A stretch of DNA of 64,000 nt from Capsulimonadaceae bacterium (GTDB taxonomy: Bacteria; Armatimonadota; Armatimonadia; Armatimonadales; Capsulimonadaceae). The notes beneath the pieces were generated by a model that saw only the letters and a list, made by a program, of their open reading frames with translations, had not been told where the DNA came from and ran no database searches. Below, one piece after another: positions 9,558 to 18,237 of the stretch; positions within the stretch are counted from its first letter, which is position 1, and each line of letters starts with the position of its first letter. Location: contig OZ244065.1 in assembly GCA_965215505.1 (NCBI GenBank), positions 3,104,001 through 3,168,000 on the forward strand, in the 5' to 3' direction. A program made the translations under genes and the position numbers.

Positions 9558-11105
9558 CTAGACGCCGCCCGCCGGGGCGGCGGGCGTACCCGCGCCCGCC
9601 GGGTTCAGGACCTCGTGCGGCGTTAGGGTCGTCACCGGGCCGAAGGTCGCAAGGCCCGGCGAGATCGTCTTGCCCTCGCCGACGGCGATCACCTGGACGC
9701 GGCCCGTGCCGAGGTAGGTCTGGGTGACGCGCTGGATGTCGGCGGGGGTCACCGCCTGGATGCGCTGGGGGTAGGTGTCCCAGTAGTCGGCGGGCAGGCC
9801 GTAGTCCACCACGTCCAGCAGGCGCGACAGCACGCCGGCGGGGTTCTCCAGAGTCAGGGCGAAGGACCCGACGATGGACCGCTTGGCGGCCTCAAGCTCG
9901 ACCGGCGTCACCGGGGCGCTCTGCATCTTGGCGAACTCGTCATAGAAGCCGCTCACGGCCGGGGTCGTCACCGCGTTGCGGACGCTCCCCCCCATGGTCC
10001 AGGTGCCGGGGTACTTCGCCACCGAGACGGTGGAGCGGACGCCGTAGGTGTAGCCCTTCTGCTCGCGCAAATCCTGGTTAAGCCGCGAGTTGAAGGAGCC
10101 GCCTAGGATGTAGTTCGCGACGGTCAGGGGGAAGAAGTCCGGGTCGGTGCGCTTGATGCCCAGGTTCGCGAAGGTCAGGAAGGTCTGGGCCGAGCCGGGC
10201 CGGTCCACGAGGTAGATCGCCGTCTTCTCCTCGGGGTGGAACGTCCCGGCGGGCAGGGCGGTTTCGGCCCCGGAGGCGGCGGGCCAGCTCGCCAGGGCGG
10301 CGGCCAGCTTCTTCTCGATGTCGCCGGCCTTGACGTCGCCCGCAACGCCGATCAGCGTATCGGGCGCGTTGCGGTAGTGTTCGGCGTAGAAGGCCTTCAG
10401 GTCGTCGGCGCTGATCGCCTGGATCTGGGCCGGCGTCGGCGCGGGCCGGCCGTAAGGGGTGGAAGCGCCGTAGAGGATCTGGCGCGTGAGCTGGCCGCTC
10501 AAGAACTGCGGGTTCAGCTCCTCCTGCGAGCGCCGGGCGACCGCCTGGAACTTGGCCTTCGTCAGCCGGTCGGCGGGGAAGGTCGGGTGCAGCAGGACGT
10601 CGGCCATCAGCGCGATCAGCTCGTCGGTGTTCTCCGACAGGCCGCTGACGCTGACCTCGGCCCGCTCCGCGCCGGCCGTGGCGCGCAGGTTTGCGCCGAT
10701 CTTCTCGGTCGCCCGCGCGAGCTGTAAATAGTCCTTGGTCTGCGTCCCCTCGTCAAGCTCCGCCGCCGTCAGCTCGGCGACGCCGGGCTTGGCGGCGGAC
10801 TCGAAGAGCGACCCGGCCCGCATGCTGACCGTGATGGTGACGAGCGGCAGCTTGTGGTCCTCGACGACGAGCATGTGCGCGCCGCCGTTCTTGTCGGCCC
10901 CGGCGGGCAGCGTGAACTCCTTGGGCCGGGGCAGCTTGACCTGCAAGATGTCCTTGGCGACCGGGGCCCGGTTCATCGGCGCGGCGATCTGCCCCGCCGG
11001 GGCGGCGATCTGCTCCTGGGCGTTCGCGATATGGGGCGCGAGTGCGGCCCCGGAGGCGAGCAGCAGGGCGGCGAATGCGCCCGTGAGTGTCTGTTGTGTC
11101 TTCAA
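9558..11105 (-). CDS. M16 family peptidase, non-catalytic subunit (exported)
   Basis: VEDHKLPLV, KPGVAELTA and ILGGSFNSRLNQDLREQKGYTYG; no HXXEH; signal peptide. Start TTG 11105. Confidence 0.88.
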   Translation of the reverse strand: MKTQQTLTGAFAALLLASGAALAPHIANAQEQIAAPAGQIAAPMNRAPVAKDILQVKLPRPKEFTLPAGADKNGGAHMLVVEDHKLPLVTITVSMRAGSLFESAAKPGVAELTAAELDEGTQTKDYLQLARATEKIGANLRATAGAERAEVSVSGLSENTDELIALMADVLLHPTFPADRLTKAKFQAVARRSQEELNPQFLSGQLTRQILYGASTPYGRPAPTPAQIQAISADDLKAFYAEHYRNAPDTLIGVAGDVKAGDIEKKLAAALASWPAASGAETALPAGTFHPEEKTAIYLVDRPGSAQTFLTFANLGIKRTDPDFFPLTVANYILGGSFNSRLNQDLREQKGYTYGVRSTVSVAKYPGTWTMGGSVRNAVTTPAVSGFYDEFAKMQSAPVTPVELEAAKRSIVGSFALTLENPAGVLSRLLDVVDYGLPADYWDTYPQRIQAVTPADIQRVTQTYLGTGRVQVIAVGEGKTISPGLATFGPVTTLTPHEVLNPAGAGTPAAPAGGV

Positions 11106-11155
11106 ATTATTGCCTTTTGCGTTGAAAAGAGGGCGCACGCCGGAGAACACCGGAA

Positions 11156-11180
11156 GGGCGAACACAAGGTTCGCCCCCAC
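11156..11180. repeat. GTAG-type REP (reverse orientation, degenerate)
   Basis: AGGGCGAACACAAGGTTCGCCCCCAC, matching copies at 21406 and 25085. Confidence 0.65.
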
Positions 11181-11201
11181 GGGGCTACGGGGCAGGCTCG
11201 A

Positions 11202-12647
11202 TTAGCCGCCCGCCGGGGCGATGGCCGCCGTGCCCGCGCCGCCCGCCGGGGCGGAGTCGGCGGGCATGGTGATGACCACCGCGCGGTTGGCGGGGACCAG
11301 GTACTTCTTGGCGACCCGCTGCACGTCGGCGGGGGTCACTTTTTGCAGGTCCACCAGCAAGGTGTTGACACGGTTCGGGTCGTGGAACTGGACGGCATAC
11401 AGCCCGAGCTGCTGGGCGCGGCCCAGGGCCGTTTGCAGACGCCGGACGGTCCCGACCCGCTCTTCCACCTTGGCCGTCGCCACCTCCTCGTCGGTGACGC
11501 CGTCCGTCTGGACGCGGGCGATCTCCTGGTTCAGAACCGCCTCGACCGAGGCCACGTCCCCGCCGGGCGGCAGGGCCGCCTCGACGGTGAACAGGCCCGG
11601 CCCGGTCGAGTCTTCCGGCCCCGCCCCGACCCCGACCGCCATGTCCTTCTCGACTAGGGCGCGGTACAGCCGGGAGGTCCGGCCGCTGCTCATGATGTTC
11701 CCCAGCACGGTCAGGGAATAGAAGTCGGGGTCGTTGCCGGCCACGGTGACATAGCCGGCCTCATACTGCGGCTGCCGGGCCAGGGCGTCGGACAGCGTCT
11801 TGCGCCGCTCGCCGGGGTAGGCGGTCGGCTCGGCGAAAACGGTGGGCGTGGAGGCGGTGCCGGCCTTGATCGGGCCGAAGTAGCGCGCGATCAGCGACCG
11901 GACGTTGGCGTCATCGAACCGCCCCGTGACCGTCAGGACGGCGTTCGCGGGTTCGTAATACTGGCTGTGGAAGGCGCGGACGTCCTCCAAACTGGCGGCG
12001 TCGAGGTCGGCCATGGAGCCGATGGTGGTGTGCTTGTAGGGGAAGCTGCTGTAGGCCTCATCCAGCAGGGCCTCGTAGGTGTGTCCGTAAGGCTGGTTGT
12101 CGTAGGACTGGCGCTTTTCCTCCTCGACCACCTGCCGCTGGTTGTCGAGGTTCGCCTGGCTGATGTCCAGCGCGCGCATCCGGTCGGCCTCCAGGAACAG
12201 GCCGAGGGCGAGCTGGTTCGCGGGCAGGCTTTCAAAGAAGTTCGTCCGGTCCTGGTTGGTGGTGCCGTTCATGGAGCCGCCGTTTGACTCGATCAGCCGG
12301 ATGTGTTCGGTCTTGGCGACGTTCTCCGACCCCTGGAACATCATATGTTCGAACAGGTGGGCGAAGCCGCTGCGCCCCGGCCGCTCGCTCCGGGAGCCGA
12401 CGTCGTAGGTGACGTTGACGGCGATGACGGGCGGCGCGGCGGCGCGGCTGTCCGGGGCGAGGATGACGCGCAGGCCGTTCGGCAGCGTGTACTGCGTGAA
12501 GGCGATCTGCGGGAAGGCGGCGGGGGCCGCCGAGGCCGCGCCGGGGGCGATTGCCAGCCCGCCCAGCAGGGCGGCGGCGAGGCAGGCCGCGCGGGCAGTG
12601 CGGGCGGCGGGCCGGAGGGAGAATGATAGCATGGTTTTTCCTGTCAT
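11202..12647 (-). CDS. M16 family zinc peptidase, catalytic subunit (exported)
   Basis: LPNGLRVIL, YDVGSRSE..GRSGFAHLFEHMMFQGS (HXXEH) and NGTTNQDRT. Start ATG 12647. Confidence 0.92.
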   Translation of the reverse strand: MTGKTMLSFSLRPAARTARAACLAAALLGGLAIAPGAASAAPAAFPQIAFTQYTLPNGLRVILAPDSRAAAPPVIAVNVTYDVGSRSERPGRSGFAHLFEHMMFQGSENVAKTEHIRLIESNGGSMNGTTNQDRTNFFESLPANQLALGLFLEADRMRALDISQANLDNQRQVVEEEKRQSYDNQPYGHTYEALLDEAYSSFPYKHTTIGSMADLDAASLEDVRAFHSQYYEPANAVLTVTGRFDDANVRSLIARYFGPIKAGTASTPTVFAEPTAYPGERRKTLSDALARQPQYEAGYVTVAGNDPDFYSLTVLGNIMSSGRTSRLYRALVEKDMAVGVGAGPEDSTGPGLFTVEAALPPGGDVASVEAVLNQEIARVQTDGVTDEEVATAKVEERVGTVRRLQTALGRAQQLGLYAVQFHDPNRVNTLLVDLQKVTPADVQRVAKKYLVPANRAVVITMPADSAPAGGAGTAAIAPAGG

Positions 12648-12898
12648 AGCGTCTTTCTTTGTCTGCGTGCTGTGGGAGTAAGTCGGCGCTGACTTCGGCG
12701 GGAAGCGGGAGGAGGAGCGCGCCGACGCGCATGGCGTCGGCGGTCGCCCGGCATTGGGCGCGGCAGTAAAGCAGACCACGACGGCGATGTCCTGGCGGAA
12801 AGGTCGGTAACATTATACACCAAAAACCGCCAAACGCGCCGGTATTGTTGCGGGGCTGGCAAGGCAATCGCGTCGGAAGGGCGGACACGGAGCAAGGA

Positions 12899-12964
12899 AG
12901 GGCAGGCACGGGGGCCTGCCCCTACGGGCCGCCGGAACGTAGGGACAACCCCGTGGTTGCCCTC
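12899..12964. repeat. Pair of GTAG-type REPs
   Basis: AGGGCAGGCACGGGGGCCTGCCCCTAC and GTAGGGACAACCCCGTGGTTGCCCT. Confidence 0.65.
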
Positions 12965-13075
12965 CGTGTCCGGTTGCCCTGGCATGGTCATCTCCGTATG
13001 GCCTACGAATGCTCCCGTGTGGCTAGCCCTTGACGTCCGGGCACGGCTTGTGGTATGACTAGGGCGAGCCGCTCA

Positions 13076-13495
13076 ATGACGCCTACCCACGTTGTTTCCT
13101 ACATCGCTTTCGCTTTCTTTTTTGGCGCTGTCGGCCTGCTCATCGCTGCCGCTCACTATGTAGTGCTTTTCGAGGCGTGGCGCAAGGGCCTGACCGCCTT
13201 CGGGCGCTGGCTCCTGCCGTCCGCGCTGGCTTCCACCATCTCCACGATCTCCTGGCTCTTGGGCGTCCTGAGTCCTAGTCTCGGCTTCCGTACCCCTTAT
13301 ACTGCTCGCCTGTGCAGGTATGGCCTCGACACACTCGCGGCGGCGCTCGCGGCCATCGCCCTGTTCCGACTGTGGAAGATGATCCGGGGCTGGCCCGCGG
13401 GCGCATGGGCAGGAGGAGAACATCCGCCGGGCGGGCAGAACGCCGAACATCCGCAGGAAGGCATATGGCCGCCGCCGCCCACCGACCCGGCGTGA
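13076..13495 (+). CDS. Small membrane protein with C-terminal WPPPP motif
   Basis: Three hydrophobic segments; ends EGIWPPPPTDPA. Start uncertain (13055 or 13076). Confidence 0.6.
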   Translation: MTPTHVVSYIAFAFFFGAVGLLIAAAHYVVLFEAWRKGLTAFGRWLLPSALASTISTISWLLGVLSPSLGFRTPYTARLCRYGLDTLAAALAAIALFRLWKMIRGWPAGAWAGGEHPPGGQNAEHPQEGIWPPPPTDPA

Positions 13496-13526
13496 AGAGT
13501 GCGCCGCAGGGAAGCGGACGGATGAA

Positions 13527-13663
13527 GGACGAGTGATTGAAATCACTCGCTACGCTGGAAGTTGTCCAAGGGACAAGGGAACGGCCCCGGATGGGGCAAG
13601 ATTTTCTCCTTCTTCTGTCCCCTGGACAGGTCCCAATCAGCGAGTGATTTTAATCACTCGTCC
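13527..13663. mobile_element. ~137-bp TIR MITE-like element, copy 2
   Basis: 25-bp terminal inverted repeats, GGACGAGTGATTGAAATCACTCGCT / AGCGAGTGATTTTAATCACTCGTCC (1 mismatch); interior shared with 518-643. Confidence 0.75.
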
Positions 13664-13682
13664 AACCCGCCTCGTCCGACCC

Positions 13683-13731
13683 GACCTGACGCCCTGACCT
13701 GACGCCCTGACCTGACGCCCTGACCTGACGG
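13683..13731. repeat. 13-bp tandem repeat GACCTGACGCCCT (3 full copies + partial)
   Basis: Read directly from the sequence. Confidence 0.9.
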
Positions 13732-13751
13732 CTGACAGAGGACCAAAAACC

Positions 13752-14126
13752 GTGCGTATTTCAGACGAGACGGAGCCGCTGCCGCTCTCCGAGGTCCGGC
13801 GCTATGAGGCGGCCTGGCAGCGATACCGCGTGTCTTCAGCCTGGTACTGGCTGGTCTTCCTCGGCTACGTCCCCGGCGTCTTCCTCTTCGGCTGGCTCCT
13901 GTCGTTCGCGGTCAACGACAACCTGGCCCACGAAATCGTGGCCTTCGGGTGGATGGCGCTGTGGATGGTGTCGGGGCAGGGCTATGTCCGGTTCCGGTGC
14001 CCGCGCTGCGGCGAGAAGTTCTTCGCGCGGAAGGGCTTCAGCAACATCTTTTCCGGCAAGTGCCTGAACTGCGGGCTACCTAAGTACGCCCACGACCGCA
14101 CGGTCCTCGAGGAGGAAATCCCGTAG
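13752..14126 (+). CDS. Hypothetical membrane protein with C-terminal Zn-ribbon
   Basis: Two TM segments followed by CPRC...CLNC; GAGG upstream of GTG. Confidence 0.7.
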   Translation: MRISDETEPLPLSEVRRYEAAWQRYRVSSAWYWLVFLGYVPGVFLFGWLLSFAVNDNLAHEIVAFGWMALWMVSGQGYVRFRCPRCGEKFFARKGFSNIFSGKCLNCGLPKYAHDRTVLEEEIP

Positions 14127-14230
14127 GGGAGCGCGAGGTCACGGTTGCTTTGTCTCCCCTTTGGCGTTATAATGAGGCCGTCCCCCGCATTCACCGCCGA
14201 GTGCCTGCCACCGAGGCGAAAGGCATTTCT

Positions 14231-16264
14231 ATGGCGACCACCCGACCCGAAGCAGCCCCTAAAGCCGAGCAGGCCGCTCCTCTCCCGATCCGCGCCGGGC
14301 GGCCGGTCACGCCCCGCGCCGTCCTGACCGGGCTTGCCTGTGCCCTGCTGGTCTGCGGCATCACGCCCTACAACGACTACGCCGTGGCAGCTACCTACCT
14401 GTCGGGCAACTTCTTCCCCTTGGGCGCATTGGCCGCCGTCCTGCTGCTCGTCCTTGCCGTCAACCCCGTGCTCATCACGCTGGGGCGGCGGGACAAGGCG
14501 TTCATTCCGAGGCCGTTCAGCCCGAGCGAGGTCCTGACGGTCTGGGCCATGGTCATCATCGCGGCGGGCATCCCGTCGAGCGGCCTGATGCGCTACCTGC
14601 TGCCCCACATCGTCGCGCCCCACTACTTCGCCACGCGGACGAACCACTGGGAGGGACTGTTCCTGGCCCGCCTGCCCTCGTACCTGTTCGTCACCGACCA
14701 TGAGGCCGTGCGGACCTTCTTCGAGGGCCTGCACCGGGGCCAGCCGATCCCGTGGGGTGCGTGGGCCGTGCCGCTTGCCTGCTGGGGCGCGTTCTTCGCC
14801 TGCCTGTTCACGGCCTTCTTCTGCCTGGCGTCCCTGCTGCGGAAGCCCTGGGTGGAACACGAGCGGCTGGCCTTCCCCCTGGTCAGGCTGCCCGTCCTGC
14901 TCGCCGAGTCGCCCGCGCCGGGGCACTCGTTCAACGCCCTCCTGCGCGCGCCCCTGCTGTGGGTGGCGGTAGGGATGGTGACCGCCCTGCACACGGTCAA
15001 GGGCCTGCACCAGTTTTTCCCGACCATCCCCGACATCCCCGTGGTCTGGCATTCCGTGGACAACCTCAGCGGCCGGCCCTGGGACGGCATGGGGGACACG
15101 GCCCTGTACCTCTGGCCCCTCGTCGTCGGGTTCTCCTACCTGATGTCCGGCGAGGTCTGCCTGTCCCTGTGGCTGTTCTATTTGCTGTTCCGGGTGGAGG
15201 TGATGGTCGGCGTGCTGTACGCCTGGGACATGGGCAAGACGGGGACCGGCTTCGCGATGGGGCCGGCCTATACCATCTACCCCGAAGTCGGTGGTGCCCT
15301 GGCCCTGGCCGCCTGGACGGTTTGGACCATGCGCGGGCACCTGGGCGATGTCTGGCGCAAGGCCGTCCATGATGCGCCCGACGTGGACGATTCGGGCGAG
15401 CCACTGTCGTACCGCTTCGCCCTCTTCGGCCTGCTCGGCGGGTACGCGGGCATGTTCGCCTGGCTGACGCTCGTCGCCCGCATGCAGCCGCTGATGGCCG
15501 GGGGCGTGCTGTTCGGCAGCCTGGTCATCTTCCTGCTGCTGTCGTGGCTCGTCGCGCAGGCGGGCCTGCTGTTCGTCACGCAGGCCTTCGCGCCGTCCCA
15601 GATCATGACGGTTCTTGGCGGCGGCCTGCCCTTCGACGCCCGCTCCTTAGTCCTGGGGTCCCTGGTGGAGCACGTCGGCTGGCAGGACTCGCGCGAGTTC
15701 ATGCTGCCGCCCCTGCTGAACTCCTTCAAAGGGGCCGCCGAAACCGGCCTCTCCGCCCGCTCCCTGACCCGCGCCCTGGCCCTGTGCGTCCTGTGCGCCG
15801 TCGTCGTGTCGGGCGTGGTTTCTCTCTGGCTGCCCTACACCCACGGTGGCGCGCTGGCCCTCCAGAACCCCTGGATGTACCAGGCCGCCCCGCAGATCCC
15901 CTTCTCCTGGGCGGCGGGCCAGGCGGACAACCCGCACCCGCCCCAGGCCGGCGGGATCGCGCAGATCATCGGCGGCGCGCTGTTCGTCCTGGCCCTGTTC
16001 CTCTGCCGCGCCTATGTTCCCGCGCTGGGTTTGCACCCGGCGGGCTTCCTGGTCGCGGCCTCCTACGCCCTCTACTGCCTCTGGTTCTCCCTATTTCTGG
16101 GCTGGCTGGTCAAGGTCCCCCTGGTGCGCTACGGCGGGATGCGCGGCTACCGCCTGGCCCTCCCCTTCTTCCTGGGCCTCATCTTAGGCGACTGCCTGAA
16201 CGCCCTCGCCTGGGTCGCCGTCGGGTTAGCGACGGGCAAAGGCTACCAGCTCATGCCGGGGTGA
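14231..16264 (+). CDS. Polytopic membrane protein (DUF6785/DUF6784-like putative transporter)
   Basis: Many TM helices; PIPWGAWAVPL..W, LRKPWVEHERLAFPL and K..LVRYGG...YR.ALPFFLGLILGD motifs. Confidence 0.75.
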   Translation: MATTRPEAAPKAEQAAPLPIRAGRPVTPRAVLTGLACALLVCGITPYNDYAVAATYLSGNFFPLGALAAVLLLVLAVNPVLITLGRRDKAFIPRPFSPSEVLTVWAMVIIAAGIPSSGLMRYLLPHIVAPHYFATRTNHWEGLFLARLPSYLFVTDHEAVRTFFEGLHRGQPIPWGAWAVPLACWGAFFACLFTAFFCLASLLRKPWVEHERLAFPLVRLPVLLAESPAPGHSFNALLRAPLLWVAVGMVTALHTVKGLHQFFPTIPDIPVVWHSVDNLSGRPWDGMGDTALYLWPLVVGFSYLMSGEVCLSLWLFYLLFRVEVMVGVLYAWDMGKTGTGFAMGPAYTIYPEVGGALALAAWTVWTMRGHLGDVWRKAVHDAPDVDDSGEPLSYRFALFGLLGGYAGMFAWLTLVARMQPLMAGGVLFGSLVIFLLLSWLVAQAGLLFVTQAFAPSQIMTVLGGGLPFDARSLVLGSLVEHVGWQDSREFMLPPLLNSFKGAAETGLSARSLTRALALCVLCAVVVSGVVSLWLPYTHGGALALQNPWMYQAAPQIPFSWAAGQADNPHPPQAGGIAQIIGGALFVLALFLCRAYVPALGLHPAGFLVAASYALYCLWFSLFLGWLVKVPLVRYGGMRGYRLALPFFLGLILGDCLNALAWVAVGLATGKGYQLMPG

Positions 16265-16283
16265 AGGCAGGCAGAAAAACAGA

Positions 16284-16327
16284 ACGGCCCGGCGGTAATC
16301 GCCGGGCCGTCTTCGGTTCTTCTTTTT
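16284..16327. terminator. Probable bidirectional intrinsic terminator
   Basis: ACGGCCCGGCG-GTAAT-CGCCGGGCCGT stem between convergent genes, with an A-rich left and T-rich right flank. Confidence 0.65.
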
Positions 16328-16339
16328 CGCGCGCCTTTC

Positions 16340-16588
16340 TCAGACCGCCGCCCTGTCGGCGGTCTGGGGCGTGTCCCGCTCCTGGGGTTTCACCCGCGCG
16401 TAATCAAAGGAGAGGGAGTAAGGATTGTCAACACGCTGCGAAGCGTCCAACAGCTCGATTCCGACCGTATTGCCCGCCGTGTCATAGTCAAAGATGACGC
16501 CCGGCTGGACTTCATCGCTGTCGGCGATTGGCGTGTCGCAGAGAGTGATCGTCAGCACGTCAACTTCCTCATCGTATGCCATCTTCAT
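16340..16588 (-). CDS. DUF2283 family protein (putative antitoxin)
   Basis: MKMAYDEEVDVLTI...SDEVQPGVIFDYD..GNTVGIELLDAS signature. Confidence 0.85.
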   Translation of the reverse strand: MKMAYDEEVDVLTITLCDTPIADSDEVQPGVIFDYDTAGNTVGIELLDASQRVDNPYSLSFDYARVKPQERDTPQTADRAAV

Positions 16589-16598
16589 CGTTGATTCC

Positions 16599-16850
16599 TC
16601 AGACCCAGTACTTGTCAATCTGACTCGTGAAATAGACCGTCACGATGACTGCCGGTGTGACATCATCGGCAACGATCAGCCGCAGCAGGAACTCTGAGCT
16701 GCCCCTGTTCCAGCGCGACTGGTAACACTTTTTGCCGTTCACCTCATCCACGACCTGCCCCGGTGCCTGCATCACGGCGTCCACCGCCTGCTCGGGAATG
16801 CCGCGCGCCGCCATTTGCTGCCGCGCGTGCCGTGATATCCGGTAAAGCAT
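16599..16850 (-). CDS. DUF4258 family protein (putative RelE-like toxin)
   Basis: ISRHARQQMAARGI...LRLIV...VIVTVY; lies directly upstream of the DUF2283 gene. Confidence 0.8.
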   Translation of the reverse strand: MLYRISRHARQQMAARGIPEQAVDAVMQAPGQVVDEVNGKKCYQSRWNRGSSEFLLRLIVADDVTPAVIVTVYFTSQIDKYWV

Positions 16851-16956
16851 GGTTCCGACGCCTCCGCTACAGAACTCTGCAACGGTGCGAGTGTACCACT
16901 TCCGTACAGCACGAAACAAGTGGTAGAATGCTTCTGCACAAAGGAAGAGGTGTCTC

Positions 16957-17469
16957 TTGAGTTAGCCTTCTGTCGTCACGTTCCGGGTTGAGTTCCCGCC
17001 CGAGGTCGAGGCGGAGCGTGAGCCTGTTTTTGAGGCGATCCGGCGGGGCCTGTCCGCCGCCACCCCCGCGTCGGTCGCGGAGGCGAGCCGGGCGCAAAAG
17101 GCTTGGCTGGAGCGTTACCCGGATGACTACGCCATGTGGGACGTCGGCGGAACGATCTCACTGCTGGCCGACGCACTGGAGGCCGAGCCACCGGCGGAAG
17201 CACAGCGCGAAGAAGCTTTCCAGGCCCTGGAACGGGCCATGCGCGACCGCACGGAGGAAGCGGTCCAGACAGGGCTGGCGCTCGCCCGCGCCTGGCTTGC
17301 CCGTCGCCCCGATGATTGGACCATGCGCGATGCGGGCGAGCCGGTCGCGATGCTGGCCGACGCCTTGGAGATCGTCGCCCGTGAGGCGCGGGAAGAAAAG
17401 GCGCGCGAAATGCGGGACGCGCCCGCCGTCGCCGCCCAGCGCAGGAAGGCAGGGAGCCAGGCGTCATAG
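16957..17469 (+). pseudogene. Two-repeat helical hypothetical protein with in-frame TAG at codon 3
   Basis: AAGGAAGAGG, then TTG 16957 and TAG 16963-16965. The frame is then open to 17469 and encodes two similar ~60-aa units (AWLERYPDDY..LLADALE / AWLARRPDDW..MLADALE). Confidence 0.5.
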
Positions 17470-17571
17470 CCCGTCAGAGCCGCGCACCGGTTTAGGCGCG
17501 GCCTGCGCGGGGCATGAGAGCAGGAAGAGGCCGGGACCGCCTGCCCACCGGAAAGGACGCGAAAGACGCTC

Positions 17572-18021
17572 ATGGAAGCCGCGGACGAGAGTGAAGCCGC
17601 CCACCTAGCCGGCGGGGGACAGGAGGCAGGGCAGGAGGGAGATTCCGGCACCGCCTCCGCGCGGGCGCAGAACCGGAAAGGCGGGTGGCTTATACTCGGG
17701 GCCGTCGCCGTCATCCTCCTGCTCTGCGTTCTCAACGTGCTGTACAGCCACTTCGCGGAGTTCCGCTACTTCCGGCCCGGCATCCGCGACTTCGACGCGC
17801 GGAGGTATCCGGCGGCGGAGGCCGAGTTCCGCACCTATCTACACTGGGTCAATGACGCCGACGGGCATTATTTCCTGGGGCAGACCTTGCTGGCGGAGGG
17901 GCAGATCTCGGCGGCCCGCGCCGAGTTCCTGCGCGACGTCGCTGTGCGGCCCGGCAACCAGACCGGAAGGCGGTCGGCCCTCAGCGCCCGGTCTGCCGCG
18001 ATCCTTCGCGGGCTGCACTGA
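17572..18021 (+). CDS. Membrane-anchored TPR-repeat protein
   Basis: One TM helix, then TPR-like 'YPAAEAEFR...DGHYFLGQTLLAEGQISAARAEF'. Confidence 0.65.
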   Translation: MEAADESEAAHLAGGGQEAGQEGDSGTASARAQNRKGGWLILGAVAVILLLCVLNVLYSHFAEFRYFRPGIRDFDARRYPAAEAEFRTYLHWVNDADGHYFLGQTLLAEGQISAARAEFLRDVAVRPGNQTGRRSALSARSAAILRGLH

Positions 18022-18102
18022 TGCCGGGGGCGGCTGCCTCCTCCCCCTTGCCCTCCTTCCTCCCCCCCGCCCTCCTTCCTTTCCTCGCGCCGCCTGCCGG
18101 TT

Positions 18103-18118
18103 TGGCACGGTTCTTGCG
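18103..18118 (+). promoter_or_regulatory. Sigma54-like -24/-12 promoter upstream of the aminopeptidase
   Basis: TGGCACGGTTCTTGCG matches the TGGCAC-N5-TTGC consensus. Confidence 0.55.
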
Positions 18119-18237
18119 CTGGCAGAAATCAGGTATAATTGGCGGCACGTTACCCCGGCATCGTCGCCGCATCTACCGATCTCCCAATCCCTACCGACAG
18201 AAAAGACAGGCAGCAGAGAAAGACAGAAAGAGGCGTC

